A DNA stretch of 64,000 nucleotides from assembly GCA_047947115.1 (NCBI GenBank), contig CP170459.1, positions 1,888,001-1,952,000 of the forward strand, read 5' to 3'. Origin of the DNA: Verrucomicrobiota bacterium. Lineage in GTDB: Bacteria; Verrucomicrobiota; Verrucomicrobiia; Limisphaerales; AAA164-E04. Of the stretch, positions 56,764 to 64,000 are shown in pieces. Within the stretch, counting starts at the first letter, position 1. Every line of letters begins with the position of its first letter. The position numbers and the translations under genes are program-made. Below the pieces are notes generated by a model. The model made no database searches. It worked only from the letters and a program-made list of their open reading frames with translations, and had not been told where the DNA came from.

Positions 56764-57951
56764 ATGAAGATATTGGTCGCAAATTTAGGTTCGACGTCCT
56801 TGAAGTGGCGCTTGTTTGCCTTTAATGGGCAACAATCCGAAGTGCTGCACAAGGGCGGGCTTGAGCGCGTGACCGATTATCCTTCGGCGATCAACGACTG
56901 TCTTGGTCAGCTCAAGGAAGCCGGCGCCATTCAGGACGAATCGGAACTGACGGCCGTCGGTTTCAAGACGGTGTTGGCCCAAACAGTGTCGGGCTGTGTG
57001 GAGTTGACGGATGCGGTTCTCCAGGACATGGAGGGCGGCAACCTGATTGCTCCTGCCCACAATCCGCCTTACCTTACGGGGATTCGTCTCTTTGCGGAGC
57101 GGATGCCTCAAACGCCACTGGTCGGCCTTTTTGAAACGGCCTTTTACCAATGGATCCCTGAAACCGCCAAACGTTATGGCGTGCCTCATTCCTGGCATCA
57201 AGCCGGGGTTCGGCGATGGGGATTTCATGGTGCCAGCCACAAGTTCATGGCGGAGCGTTCCGCTGAATTGTGTGGTCGCGAAGATATCGCACATCGTGCG
57301 CGTCAGTTGTACGTCGATGCCGGCAACAGCACGGTGGGGGATGCCGATTTCCGGGTGATTTCCTGTCATCTCGGCGGTAGTTCATCGGTGACGGGGATTC
57401 GCAACGGGATTGCGATCGGTAACAGCATGGGGTTGAGTCCTCAATCAGGATTGCCACACAACAATCGTGTGGGAGATCTGGATGCGATGGCGATTCCGTT
57501 CATGATGCAGAAAAAGGGATTAACCCTGGAGCATGTGATACGAGATCTCTGCAGCGAGGGGGGATTGAAAGGGGTTTCAGGCGGATACAACGACCTGCGC
57601 GACATTCAATCCGAAGCCAACAAAGGCAATGAAGACGCTCAGCTGGCGCTGGACTTTTTTGTTGCGGAAGTCAGGCGATGGATTGGTGCCTATTATCTGG
57701 AATTAAACGGTATTGATGCTCTTGTGTTCACTGCCGGTATCGGTGAGAACCAGGCCTCCATGCGCACAGCCATCTGCGAAAACCTCGGCAACCTTGGAAT
57801 TTATCTGGACCCGGAAGCCAATGAGTCCTGTCGGGCCACTGAAGCGGTGATCAGTCACGAGGATTCACCTGTAAAGATCATGGTCATTCCCACCAATGAA
57901 GAGCTGGTGGTGGCCAGAGAAGTAAAACGATTTTTGGAAAAGAACTCTTAA
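56764..57951 (+). CDS. ackA: Acetate/propionate-family kinase
   Basis: ILVANLGSTSLK, APAHNP, GFHGASH, CHLGGSSS, FTAGIGEN, IPTNEELVVA. Confidence 0.9.
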   Translation: MKILVANLGSTSLKWRLFAFNGQQSEVLHKGGLERVTDYPSAINDCLGQLKEAGAIQDESELTAVGFKTVLAQTVSGCVELTDAVLQDMEGGNLIAPAHNPPYLTGIRLFAERMPQTPLVGLFETAFYQWIPETAKRYGVPHSWHQAGVRRWGFHGASHKFMAERSAELCGREDIAHRARQLYVDAGNSTVGDADFRVISCHLGGSSSVTGIRNGIAIGNSMGLSPQSGLPHNNRVGDLDAMAIPFMMQKKGLTLEHVIRDLCSEGGLKGVSGGYNDLRDIQSEANKGNEDAQLALDFFVAEVRRWIGAYYLELNGIDALVFTAGIGENQASMRTAICENLGNLGIYLDPEANESCRATEAVISHEDSPVKIMVIPTNEELVVAREVKRFLEKNS

Positions 57952-57970
57952 CAACGCACAACATAATCTT

Positions 57971-58249
57971 ATGTCAAATCAAGCAATTGGAATGATCGAA
58001 ACACGTGGTCTGATCGCCCTCGTCGAGGGAACGGACGCGATGTTGAAGGCGGCGAATGTCAAGCTCGCCGGTCCGATGAAACAAGTCGGCAATGCCCTGG
58101 TTTCCGCAGTGGTTGTTGGTGATGTGGCGGCTGTCAAAGCCGCGACGGATGCCGGCGCCGAAGCCATTAAATCTATTGGCGGCGAATTGGTCAGTGTGCA
58201 CGTGATCGCACGTCCGCACTCCGACATCGACGCTGTATTGCCCGGTTGA
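57971..58249 (+). CDS. BMC-H hexameric shell protein
   Basis: AIGMIETRG...DAMLKAANV...GDVAAVKAA...VIARPH. Confidence 0.95.
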   Translation: MSNQAIGMIETRGLIALVEGTDAMLKAANVKLAGPMKQVGNALVSAVVVGDVAAVKAATDAGAEAIKSIGGELVSVHVIARPHSDIDAVLPG

Positions 58250-58279
58250 TTCCGGCTGTCCTAATCCGTAAAACCGCGC

Positions 58280-58591
58280 ATGTTTCTCGCACGAGTCGAA
58301 GGAGCGGTGGTTGCCACCAAGAAGGATCCCTCCATGTCGGGACAAAAGCTGTTATTGCTTCGTCCCCAATTGGTCGATGACCAGGATCCGACGCAGTTTC
58401 GGCCCGGTAAAAACACCATCGTGGCCGTCGACAGCGTCGGCGCGGGGGTGGGCGAGATGGTGCTTTTCTGTCAGGGAAGCAGCGCTCGGCTGGCGCCCAA
58501 TATGAAGAGTGCGCCAGTGGACGCGGTGATCATTGGCATCGTCGATACCGTCGATGTGAAAGGGGAACAAATATTCAACGCACGGACTTAA
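58280..58591 (+). CDS. BMC-P pentameric vertex protein (EutN/CcmL)
   Basis: MFLARVEG.VVATKK...VAVD.VGAGVGE.VL..QGSSAR...PVDAVIIGIVD. Confidence 0.95.
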   Translation: MFLARVEGAVVATKKDPSMSGQKLLLLRPQLVDDQDPTQFRPGKNTIVAVDSVGAGVGEMVLFCQGSSARLAPNMKSAPVDAVIIGIVDTVDVKGEQIFNART

Positions 58592-58624
58592 GTGGCGAAC
58601 CCAGTCAAATTTGAATCTGCCAGC

Positions 58625-58851
58625 GGTAGGGCCGCGGTGCTCCGCGGCTGTGGGGCGTCCGTTAGCGCTGTGGGGCATCCAAGGTTCAAGTATGCTTCGA
58701 CGTTGAGCGGCGGACACGCAGCAGCGTATCCCTACCAGCCAGGAGCCTTCGGCTCCGGCTGTTGTGCGACCGATGGCGTTAGGGGCGGCCACCTTAGGTT
58801 CAAGGTTGCCGCGGCGTTGAGCGACGGACGCGCGGCAGCGCATCCCTACCA
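58625..58851. repeat. REP/BIME-like intergenic repeat cluster
   Basis: Two 56-bp direct repeats (58682-58737 and 58796-58851, 47/56 identical) ending in CCCTACC, an inverted GGTAGGG at 58625 and GC-rich hairpins. Confidence 0.7.
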
Positions 58852-58880
58852 AAATAACATTTGTTAAACATTTTTTTATC

Positions 58881-60392
58881 ATGAGTTCACAGATCAACGA
58901 GGCAGTCATTCGCGATGTTATCACGGAAGTGCTGAGCAGGCTTGGGAGCAACGGCAGCGCCGTGAGCCCCGCACCTGCACCTGCGCCTTCCGCACCGACC
59001 GCTTCGTCCTCTTCTTACGCACCGCCTTCATGCGGGTGTAATAGCGGACGTTCCGGTGGCAAACATGGCGTGTTCGCAACCGCGAATGAAGCGTGCGATG
59101 CCGCGCAGCAGGGCTTCCTCCAACTTCAGAAGAAGGGCATCGCAGCCCGCCGCAAGGTCGAGGAAATCATCAAAACCATGTGCGCGGATCGCGCGAAGGA
59201 ATGGGGACGCATCGAACTGGAAGAATCCAAGATCGGACGGCTGGATCACAAGATTGAAAAGCTGCAGATTATCGGACTTGTTCCCGGGGTGGACTGGATA
59301 CGGCCTGATGCCCGCAGCGGTGACCATGGGATTACTTTGGAGGAATACACTCCCTTCGGTGTGGTTGGAGCGATTACGCCTTCGACCCATTCGATTCCGA
59401 CACTGGCTGGTAATATTGTGAACATTGTCGCCGCCGGTAATTCGGTGGTGTTCAATGCGCATCCCTCTGCGGCACGTTGTGCGGCGATGGCTGTGCGTGA
59501 GTTCAACAAGGCCATCGAACGCGAAACTGGCATTCACAATCTGGTGTGCATCATCGAAGAACCCACGCTGGATTCATTCAAAGAACTTTGCGCACACGAG
59601 GCTGTCCGTTTGTTGTGTGTGACGGGTGGTCCCGGTGTGGTTAAAGCGGCCATGCAAACCGGCAAAAGAGCCATCTGTGCAGGGCCGGGCAATCCTCCCG
59701 TACTTGTCGATGATACGGCCTGTTTGAAACGTGCCGCTGAATCGATCATCCAGGGCGCTTCCTATGACAACAATTTGTTGTGCATTGGTGAAAAGGAAGT
59801 GTTCGCTTTGGAGCATATTGCCGATGATTTGATGCAGGCGATGCAGACGGCAGGGGCCGTTCGATTGAATGCTGCGCAATTGGATCAATTGACTCGGGCA
59901 GCCTTTACCTTCAAGGAAGGACAGGGAGCTGGTTGTCCGCATCCGGTGGTCAACAGGGATCTTATCGGTAAAGATGTCAGTGTTCTGGCTGAAGCCGCCG
60001 GTATCCAGGTTCCGGATGGCACTGATTTGCTCTTTGCGGAAACAGACGAAAATCATCCTTTTGTCGATGAAGAGCAAATGATGCCCTTCATTCCGATTGT
60101 GCGGGTTGGTTCTGTCGATGAAGGTATCCGGGCAGCGCTGAAGGCTGAGCACAATTACAGACATACCTCCATCATTCACTCCCACAATGTCAATCACATG
60201 ACGGCGATGGCGCGTGCGCTGGACACAACCTTGTTCATCAAGAATGGACCTTGTGGTGCCGGTCTCGGGCTGGGTGGTGAAGGTTATCTGAGTTTTTCCA
60301 TCGCAACGCCGACCGGAGAAGGCGTGACCAATCCAAGGACATTCACCCGTGTGCGACGTTGCGTGATGGTGGACAACCTACGGATTTATTGA
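58881..60392 (+). CDS. CoA-acylating aldehyde dehydrogenase (EutE/PduP family) with encapsulation peptide
   Basis: PFGVVGAITPST, TGGPGVV, AGPGNPP, DNNLLCIGEKE, EQMMP, IATPTGEG; N-terminal helix plus Pro/Ala/Ser linker. Confidence 0.95.
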   Translation: MSSQINEAVIRDVITEVLSRLGSNGSAVSPAPAPAPSAPTASSSSYAPPSCGCNSGRSGGKHGVFATANEACDAAQQGFLQLQKKGIAARRKVEEIIKTMCADRAKEWGRIELEESKIGRLDHKIEKLQIIGLVPGVDWIRPDARSGDHGITLEEYTPFGVVGAITPSTHSIPTLAGNIVNIVAAGNSVVFNAHPSAARCAAMAVREFNKAIERETGIHNLVCIIEEPTLDSFKELCAHEAVRLLCVTGGPGVVKAAMQTGKRAICAGPGNPPVLVDDTACLKRAAESIIQGASYDNNLLCIGEKEVFALEHIADDLMQAMQTAGAVRLNAAQLDQLTRAAFTFKEGQGAGCPHPVVNRDLIGKDVSVLAEAAGIQVPDGTDLLFAETDENHPFVDEEQMMPFIPIVRVGSVDEGIRAALKAEHNYRHTSIIHSHNVNHMTAMARALDTTLFIKNGPCGAGLGLGGEGYLSFSIATPTGEGVTNPRTFTRVRRCVMVDNLRIY

Positions 60393-60438
60393 TCAAACAA
60401 ACCAGCGGACGAAACACCTCGAAAGAAGGAACGAACCT

Positions 60439-60717
60439 ATGCAACTCGCGCGCGTTGAAGGAAGCATGATCGCCACCCGCAAGCATCCCAGCTTGAACGG
60501 ATGGCGCATGTTGATCTGTCAACCGCTCGATGCCGAGGGCAAGGCCGAGGGAACTCCGATCATCGCGATTGATCCTTATGGCGCGGGCATGCATCAGAAA
60601 GTGATCGTGTCCTCCGATGGTTTGACAGCACGCAAATTTGTGGGAGACGATTTGAGTCCCGTGCGGCAGATCATCATCGCCATTGTGGACGAGACAACGG
60701 AGGAACAAGCCGCATGA
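60439..60717 (+). CDS. BMC-P pentameric vertex protein (EutN/CcmL)
   Basis: MQLARVEG..IATRKH..L.G...AIDP.GAG....VIVSSDG...IIAIVD. Confidence 0.92.
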   Translation: MQLARVEGSMIATRKHPSLNGWRMLICQPLDAEGKAEGTPIIAIDPYGAGMHQKVIVSSDGLTARKFVGDDLSPVRQIIIAIVDETTEEQAA

Positions 60718-61022
60718 GATTGGGAAGTGTGATTGGTCGCGTGACCTTGAGCCAGACGATTCCTCAATTGAAAGGGGCACGTTGGTTGGTGGTCAGTCCG
60801 CATAACCGAGAACATTTTCAATCCGGGGCCGAGCCCCTGAACACGATCACCGAGGAACCTTCCCTGGTGGTTTATGACAACCTTGGCGGTGGAGAGGGAG
60901 ACACCATCGGATTCGTGGAAGGCCGCGAAGCCGCATCGCCCTTTGATCCGCCCATCCCCATCGACGCGATCAATGCCGCGTTGGTGGATGAAACTTTTTA
61001 CACACCCAAAGAAGACGCATGA
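60714..61022 (+). CDS. BMC-P pentameric vertex protein (divergent)
   Basis: MRLGSVIGRVTLS...VYD.LGGG.G..I...EGREAA.PF...PIDA.NAALVD. Confidence 0.88.
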   Translation: MRLGSVIGRVTLSQTIPQLKGARWLVVSPHNREHFQSGAEPLNTITEEPSLVVYDNLGGGEGDTIGFVEGREAASPFDPPIPIDAINAALVDETFYTPKEDA

Positions 61023-62071
61023 AAAAGATAATCAGCGCCAAAGATGTTGAAGCACTTTTGAGACAAGGGAAATCCGCCGACGCGATTGCTGCCGACGCCA
61101 TTCTCACACCTTCCGCCAAGGACTTGTTGAAGTCTGCCAGACCTGGAGGGCGAGTGGTTTCAAGTCCGGCAGCAGCGACGATGATCAAGTCGCAGGGGCC
61201 GATTTCGGCAAGCAGTTCCCAGTCCGATCTCGACGCCTTTTTCCGCACGGCGGACATGGAAGAACTCAAGGAGCAGATCTGCGACGTGGGCCGACGCATG
61301 TGGCAGCGCGCTTACGTGGACGGTAATGGTGGCAACATTGCGATCCGCGTGGCGGACGATTTGGCTCTTTGCACACCCACTTTGGTGTCCAAAGGATTCA
61401 TGAAACCAGCCGATCTTTGTCTGGTGGATCTTGATGGCAATCAGAAAGCCGGTGAAAAAAAACGCACCAGCGAAATCCTGATGCACTTGGAGATCATGAA
61501 GCGCCAGCCCCGCGCCAAAGCGACCGCACATTGCCATCCGCCGCATGCCACGGCTTACGCCGTGGCCGGAGTGGAACCGCCCACCTGTATGATTCCGGAG
61601 ATCGAGGTGTTCATCGGCAAAGTACCCATTGCGCCTTATCGCACACCGGGAACCCCGGAGATGGGCAAACTGGTTGCCGACTTGGTGGATAAGCACAATA
61701 CCGTCTTGATGGGAAATCACGGTGCGGTGTCCTGGAGTCACCTGACGGTTGAGGACGCCTATTTCAAGATGGAGATTCTTGAGGCTTACTGCCGCACCAT
61801 CTGGGTGGCGTCCCAATTGGGTACACCACTCAAGACCATGGATCCCTCTCAGTTGAAGGATTTGCTGAACATTAAGCAAAACCTCGGTATTCCCGATCCG
61901 CGCTTTGGTTTGAAGGAATGCGAACTTTGTGACAACCAGGAATGGCGTCCGGGCGTGACCTGTGCCGTTCCGCCCCATGATGAAGTGGCGGATGTCGCCA
62001 AAGATTCCAGCTCCGAAGCCGCTGTCCAGGCCATCACCGATCAGATTATGGCCAAACTTGCTGCCAAGTAG
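61019..62071 (+). CDS. Class II aldolase (FucA/RhaD-like, PVM signature enzyme)
   Basis: GGNI, TPT..SKG, TSEILMHLEI, HCHPPHAT, NHGAV; N-terminal extension and C-terminal encapsulation helix. Confidence 0.93.
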   Translation: MKKIISAKDVEALLRQGKSADAIAADAILTPSAKDLLKSARPGGRVVSSPAAATMIKSQGPISASSSQSDLDAFFRTADMEELKEQICDVGRRMWQRAYVDGNGGNIAIRVADDLALCTPTLVSKGFMKPADLCLVDLDGNQKAGEKKRTSEILMHLEIMKRQPRAKATAHCHPPHATAYAVAGVEPPTCMIPEIEVFIGKVPIAPYRTPGTPEMGKLVADLVDKHNTVLMGNHGAVSWSHLTVEDAYFKMEILEAYCRTIWVASQLGTPLKTMDPSQLKDLLNIKQNLGIPDPRFGLKECELCDNQEWRPGVTCAVPPHDEVADVAKDSSSEAAVQAITDQIMAKLAAK

Positions 62072-62104
62072 AACTATTTCAACCTGACAAAAACGAAGTC
62101 TAAT

Positions 62105-63031
62105 ATGAAAGTCAGTATCATTGGAGGAGGAGGAAGAGTCGGATCATGCGCTGCGTTCGCTTTGCAGTGCGGGGCGATTGTTTCCGAGATTCAACTCATC
62201 GACGCCAACCAGGCCATGGCCGAAGGCGAAGCATTGGATTTGATGCATGGTTCCGCGTTTACCGCCGATCAGAAGATCTATGCCGGTAGTTACGAAGAGG
62301 CGGCTGATTCCGATATCTTTTTGATCACCGCCGGACTTCGCCGCAAACCCGACGAATCCCGACTCGATCTGATCAACCGTAACGTTGCTTTGTTTGCACA
62401 AATCCTGGAGAGCATCAAACAAGCCGGGATGCGTGATGACGCGATCGTCTTTGTGGTGTCCAATCCGGTGGATATTTTGACGCACCTCGCGGTTCAAAAG
62501 ATAGGCTTACCCTGGCAGCAGGTGATCGGATTGGGAACCATGCTGGATTCCACACGCTTCAGCTCCTTGATTGCTGAAGCACTTAAAGTGGCTCCGACAC
62601 AGGTCAAAGCGTTGACTCTGGCTGAACATGGTGATTCCATGGTTCCGATTTGGTCTTCTTCATCCATCAACGGATTGCCGTTGACCGAATATCCCGGTTG
62701 TGGACCGGCTTTTCAAAATCAGATTTTTACCCGCACACGCGGCAGCGGTGCGGAGGTGATCAGTCGCAAAGGCGGCGCCGGTTACGCCGTGGGTATTGCG
62801 ATCCGCGACGTGATCCATGCCATCGCGCTCGATCAAAAACGTATCCTGCCCGTTTCCTCTTTGGTGCAGGGTGTCTACCATGTGCGTGATGTGTGTTTCA
62901 GCGTCCCGACCGTTGTGGGCCGCAAGGGCGTGTTGGATCAAGTGGAATTGAAGCTTTGGCCGAAAGAACTAACCGGTCTGCAGCAATCCGCCCGCGCGCT
63001 CAAGGAAACCATGGCCAAAGTTCAGCTTTGA
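62105..63031 (+). CDS. Lactate/malate dehydrogenase-family protein
   Basis: IIGGGGRVG, TAG.RRKP.ESRLDL...N, VSNPVD, GTMLDSTR, EHGDS. Confidence 0.92.
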   Translation: MKVSIIGGGGRVGSCAAFALQCGAIVSEIQLIDANQAMAEGEALDLMHGSAFTADQKIYAGSYEEAADSDIFLITAGLRRKPDESRLDLINRNVALFAQILESIKQAGMRDDAIVFVVSNPVDILTHLAVQKIGLPWQQVIGLGTMLDSTRFSSLIAEALKVAPTQVKALTLAEHGDSMVPIWSSSSINGLPLTEYPGCGPAFQNQIFTRTRGSGAEVISRKGGAGYAVGIAIRDVIHAIALDQKRILPVSSLVQGVYHVRDVCFSVPTVVGRKGVLDQVELKLWPKELTGLQQSARALKETMAKVQL

Positions 63032-63047
63032 GTTAAATGTCTTTTTT

Positions 63048-63098
63048 CCGCATCACCGCTTTACGGGATCTATGAGATGACGCAGATTGCCGCAGATG
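63048..63098. repeat. Second copy of the GCAGAT-element left arm
   Basis: CCGCATCACCGC-n4-CGGGATCTATGAGA..CGCAGATTGCCGCAGAT matches CCGCATCACCGC-n5-CGGGATCTTTGAGA..CAGATTTTCGCAGAT at 54941-54992. Confidence 0.6.
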
Positions 63099-63195
63099 AA
63101 GTCGTTGTTACAGGGCGGTTTTGCCCATACAGGCAACCGTTTTTAAGTGATCGCGTTTGTTCTGTTGTTGGCGGTTTTGTTTGGGAGGATGAAAT

Positions 63196-64000
63196 ATGAT
63201 GAAGTCTTTGGATCAGAAACTGGCTGAAATCAAGGCCAACTCGAGTTCACGCGCCTTCATCATTGCGGATGCCAAGGACGCCGACATGGCGTTTGGGGTA
63301 AGGGCTACTGGAGGACGTCACTACCTTTCCAATCGAGGTGAACGTCCCGCCAGATTTTCTCCTGAGATATGGAGTCGGGATGAATTCGGCTACCGTAATT
63401 TACCCGAGTTTCTTGATATTATCCGCGAGGTCATTCGACAGGAGAAGGTGGACATCGTTCTGATGTCGGCTTACGTGAGTGAACTGCTGGCGATCAAGGA
63501 AGGTCTTTTCAAAAATTCTCCCATTACGCCCGCAGCACGTGCCAATGACGCGACCGATGTCTGGGCGATTCGTCACGGGTGTTACACAGCGGAACCCGCA
63601 CAACCATTTCGTTCGGCCAGTATTGATCATATTCAATGTGGACAAAATGAGTGTGATCGTAGCACGGGCGAATTTCCAGGCGCTAATCTCGGGCTTTATT
63701 CGGTCACTTTTGTCAATGAGCTGGAGCAGGACAAAGCCACACTGAACGCTTTCAAGGCATTTCGCGAAGAAGCCGAAGCCAAGCATTTTCGTTACTTTCT
63801 CGAAGTCTTTAATCCGAACGTTTCGACGGGTATTGCCCCGGAGAAACTGGGGGAATTTATCAATGACCAGATCCTTCGCAGCCTGGCGGGGGTGACCGAA
63901 GCCGGGCGTCCGGCATTTCTTAAGATTCCCTATCATGGACCCCGTGCCATGGAGGAGTTGGTGCAGTACGATCCCAGCATGATAGTGGGTGTGCTTGGTG
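63196..64000 (+). CDS. Conserved hypothetical protein, possibly class I aldolase-like TIM barrel (runs off window)
   Basis: Open frame MMKSLDQKLAEI...FIIADAKDADMAFG...VDIVLMSA...FLEVFNPN...FLKIPY...VGVLG, preceded by GGAGG. Confidence 0.65.
   Translation, partial: MMKSLDQKLAEIKANSSSRAFIIADAKDADMAFGVRATGGRHYLSNRGERPARFSPEIWSRDEFGYRNLPEFLDIIREVIRQEKVDIVLMSAYVSELLAIKEGLFKNSPITPAARANDATDVWAIRHGCYTAEPAQPFRSASIDHIQCGQNECDRSTGEFPGANLGLYSVTFVNELEQDKATLNAFKAFREEAEAKHFRYFLEVFNPNVSTGIAPEKLGEFINDQILRSLAGVTEAGRPAFLKIPYHGPRAMEELVQYDPSMIVGVLG

Larger units (their letters stand above)
54165..63031. other. PVM (Planctomycetes-Verrucomicrobia) bacterial microcompartment locus, probably for fucose/rhamnose-derived lactaldehyde metabolism
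   Basis: Gene content and order match the described PVM metabolosome: DeoR, PduL, BMC-H, kinase, BMC-P x3, aldehyde dehydrogenase, class II aldolase, LDH-like. Confidence 0.9.

Noticed and set aside
58625..58851. CRISPR array
   Set aside because: Only two degenerate 56-bp copies, no regular spacers and no cas genes.
58592..58867. 91-aa ORF inside the BMC operon
   Set aside because: It coincides with the REP-like repeats; the repeated peptide reflects the DNA repeat and has no recognisable motif.
63400..63936. 178-aa minus-strand ORF
   Set aside because: Antisense to the better-supported plus-strand ORF starting at 63196.

Overview
The window has two blocks and probably comes from a Verrucomicrobia/PVC genome (inferred from the PVM locus). 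Block 1 (~1.8-53.2 kb) is an island-like hybrid PKS-NRPS cluster between an IS1380 element on the left and, on the right, a miniature TGT...ACA element, an att-like scar and tRNA-Asn(GTT). The inferred assembly line is non-colinear: [keto/hydroxy-acid-type A - dead KR - SAM methyltransferase - T - KS-AT-DH-KR-ACP; 32634-43629, split by two single-G frameshifts] -> [KS-AT-ACP-aminotransferase-C-A(His-like)-T-E] -> [C-A(Thr)-T-C-A(Ile-like)-T-E] -> [C-FkbH-T-C-A(Tyr)-T-E], with no terminal thioesterase. Accessory genes are a hydroxymalonyl-ACP cassette (FkbH, two dehydrogenases, distant ACP), a type II TE, an Sfp-type PPTase, an exported serine hydrolase, a SyrD/YojI-type ABC exporter and several envelope proteins (DUF481 barrel, DUF697, SPFH, small membrane protein, solute-binding protein). 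The most unusual element is the internal NRPS module in which FkbH replaces the adenylation domain, which predicts a glycerate ester within the chain. Block 2 (54.2-64 kb) is a PVM bacterial microcompartment locus (DeoR, PduL, 3 BMC-H, 3 BMC-P, kinase, aldehyde dehydrogenase, class II aldolase, LDH-like) containing REP-like intergenic repeats. All calls come from manual motif reading; no searches were run, and domain boundaries are approximate.
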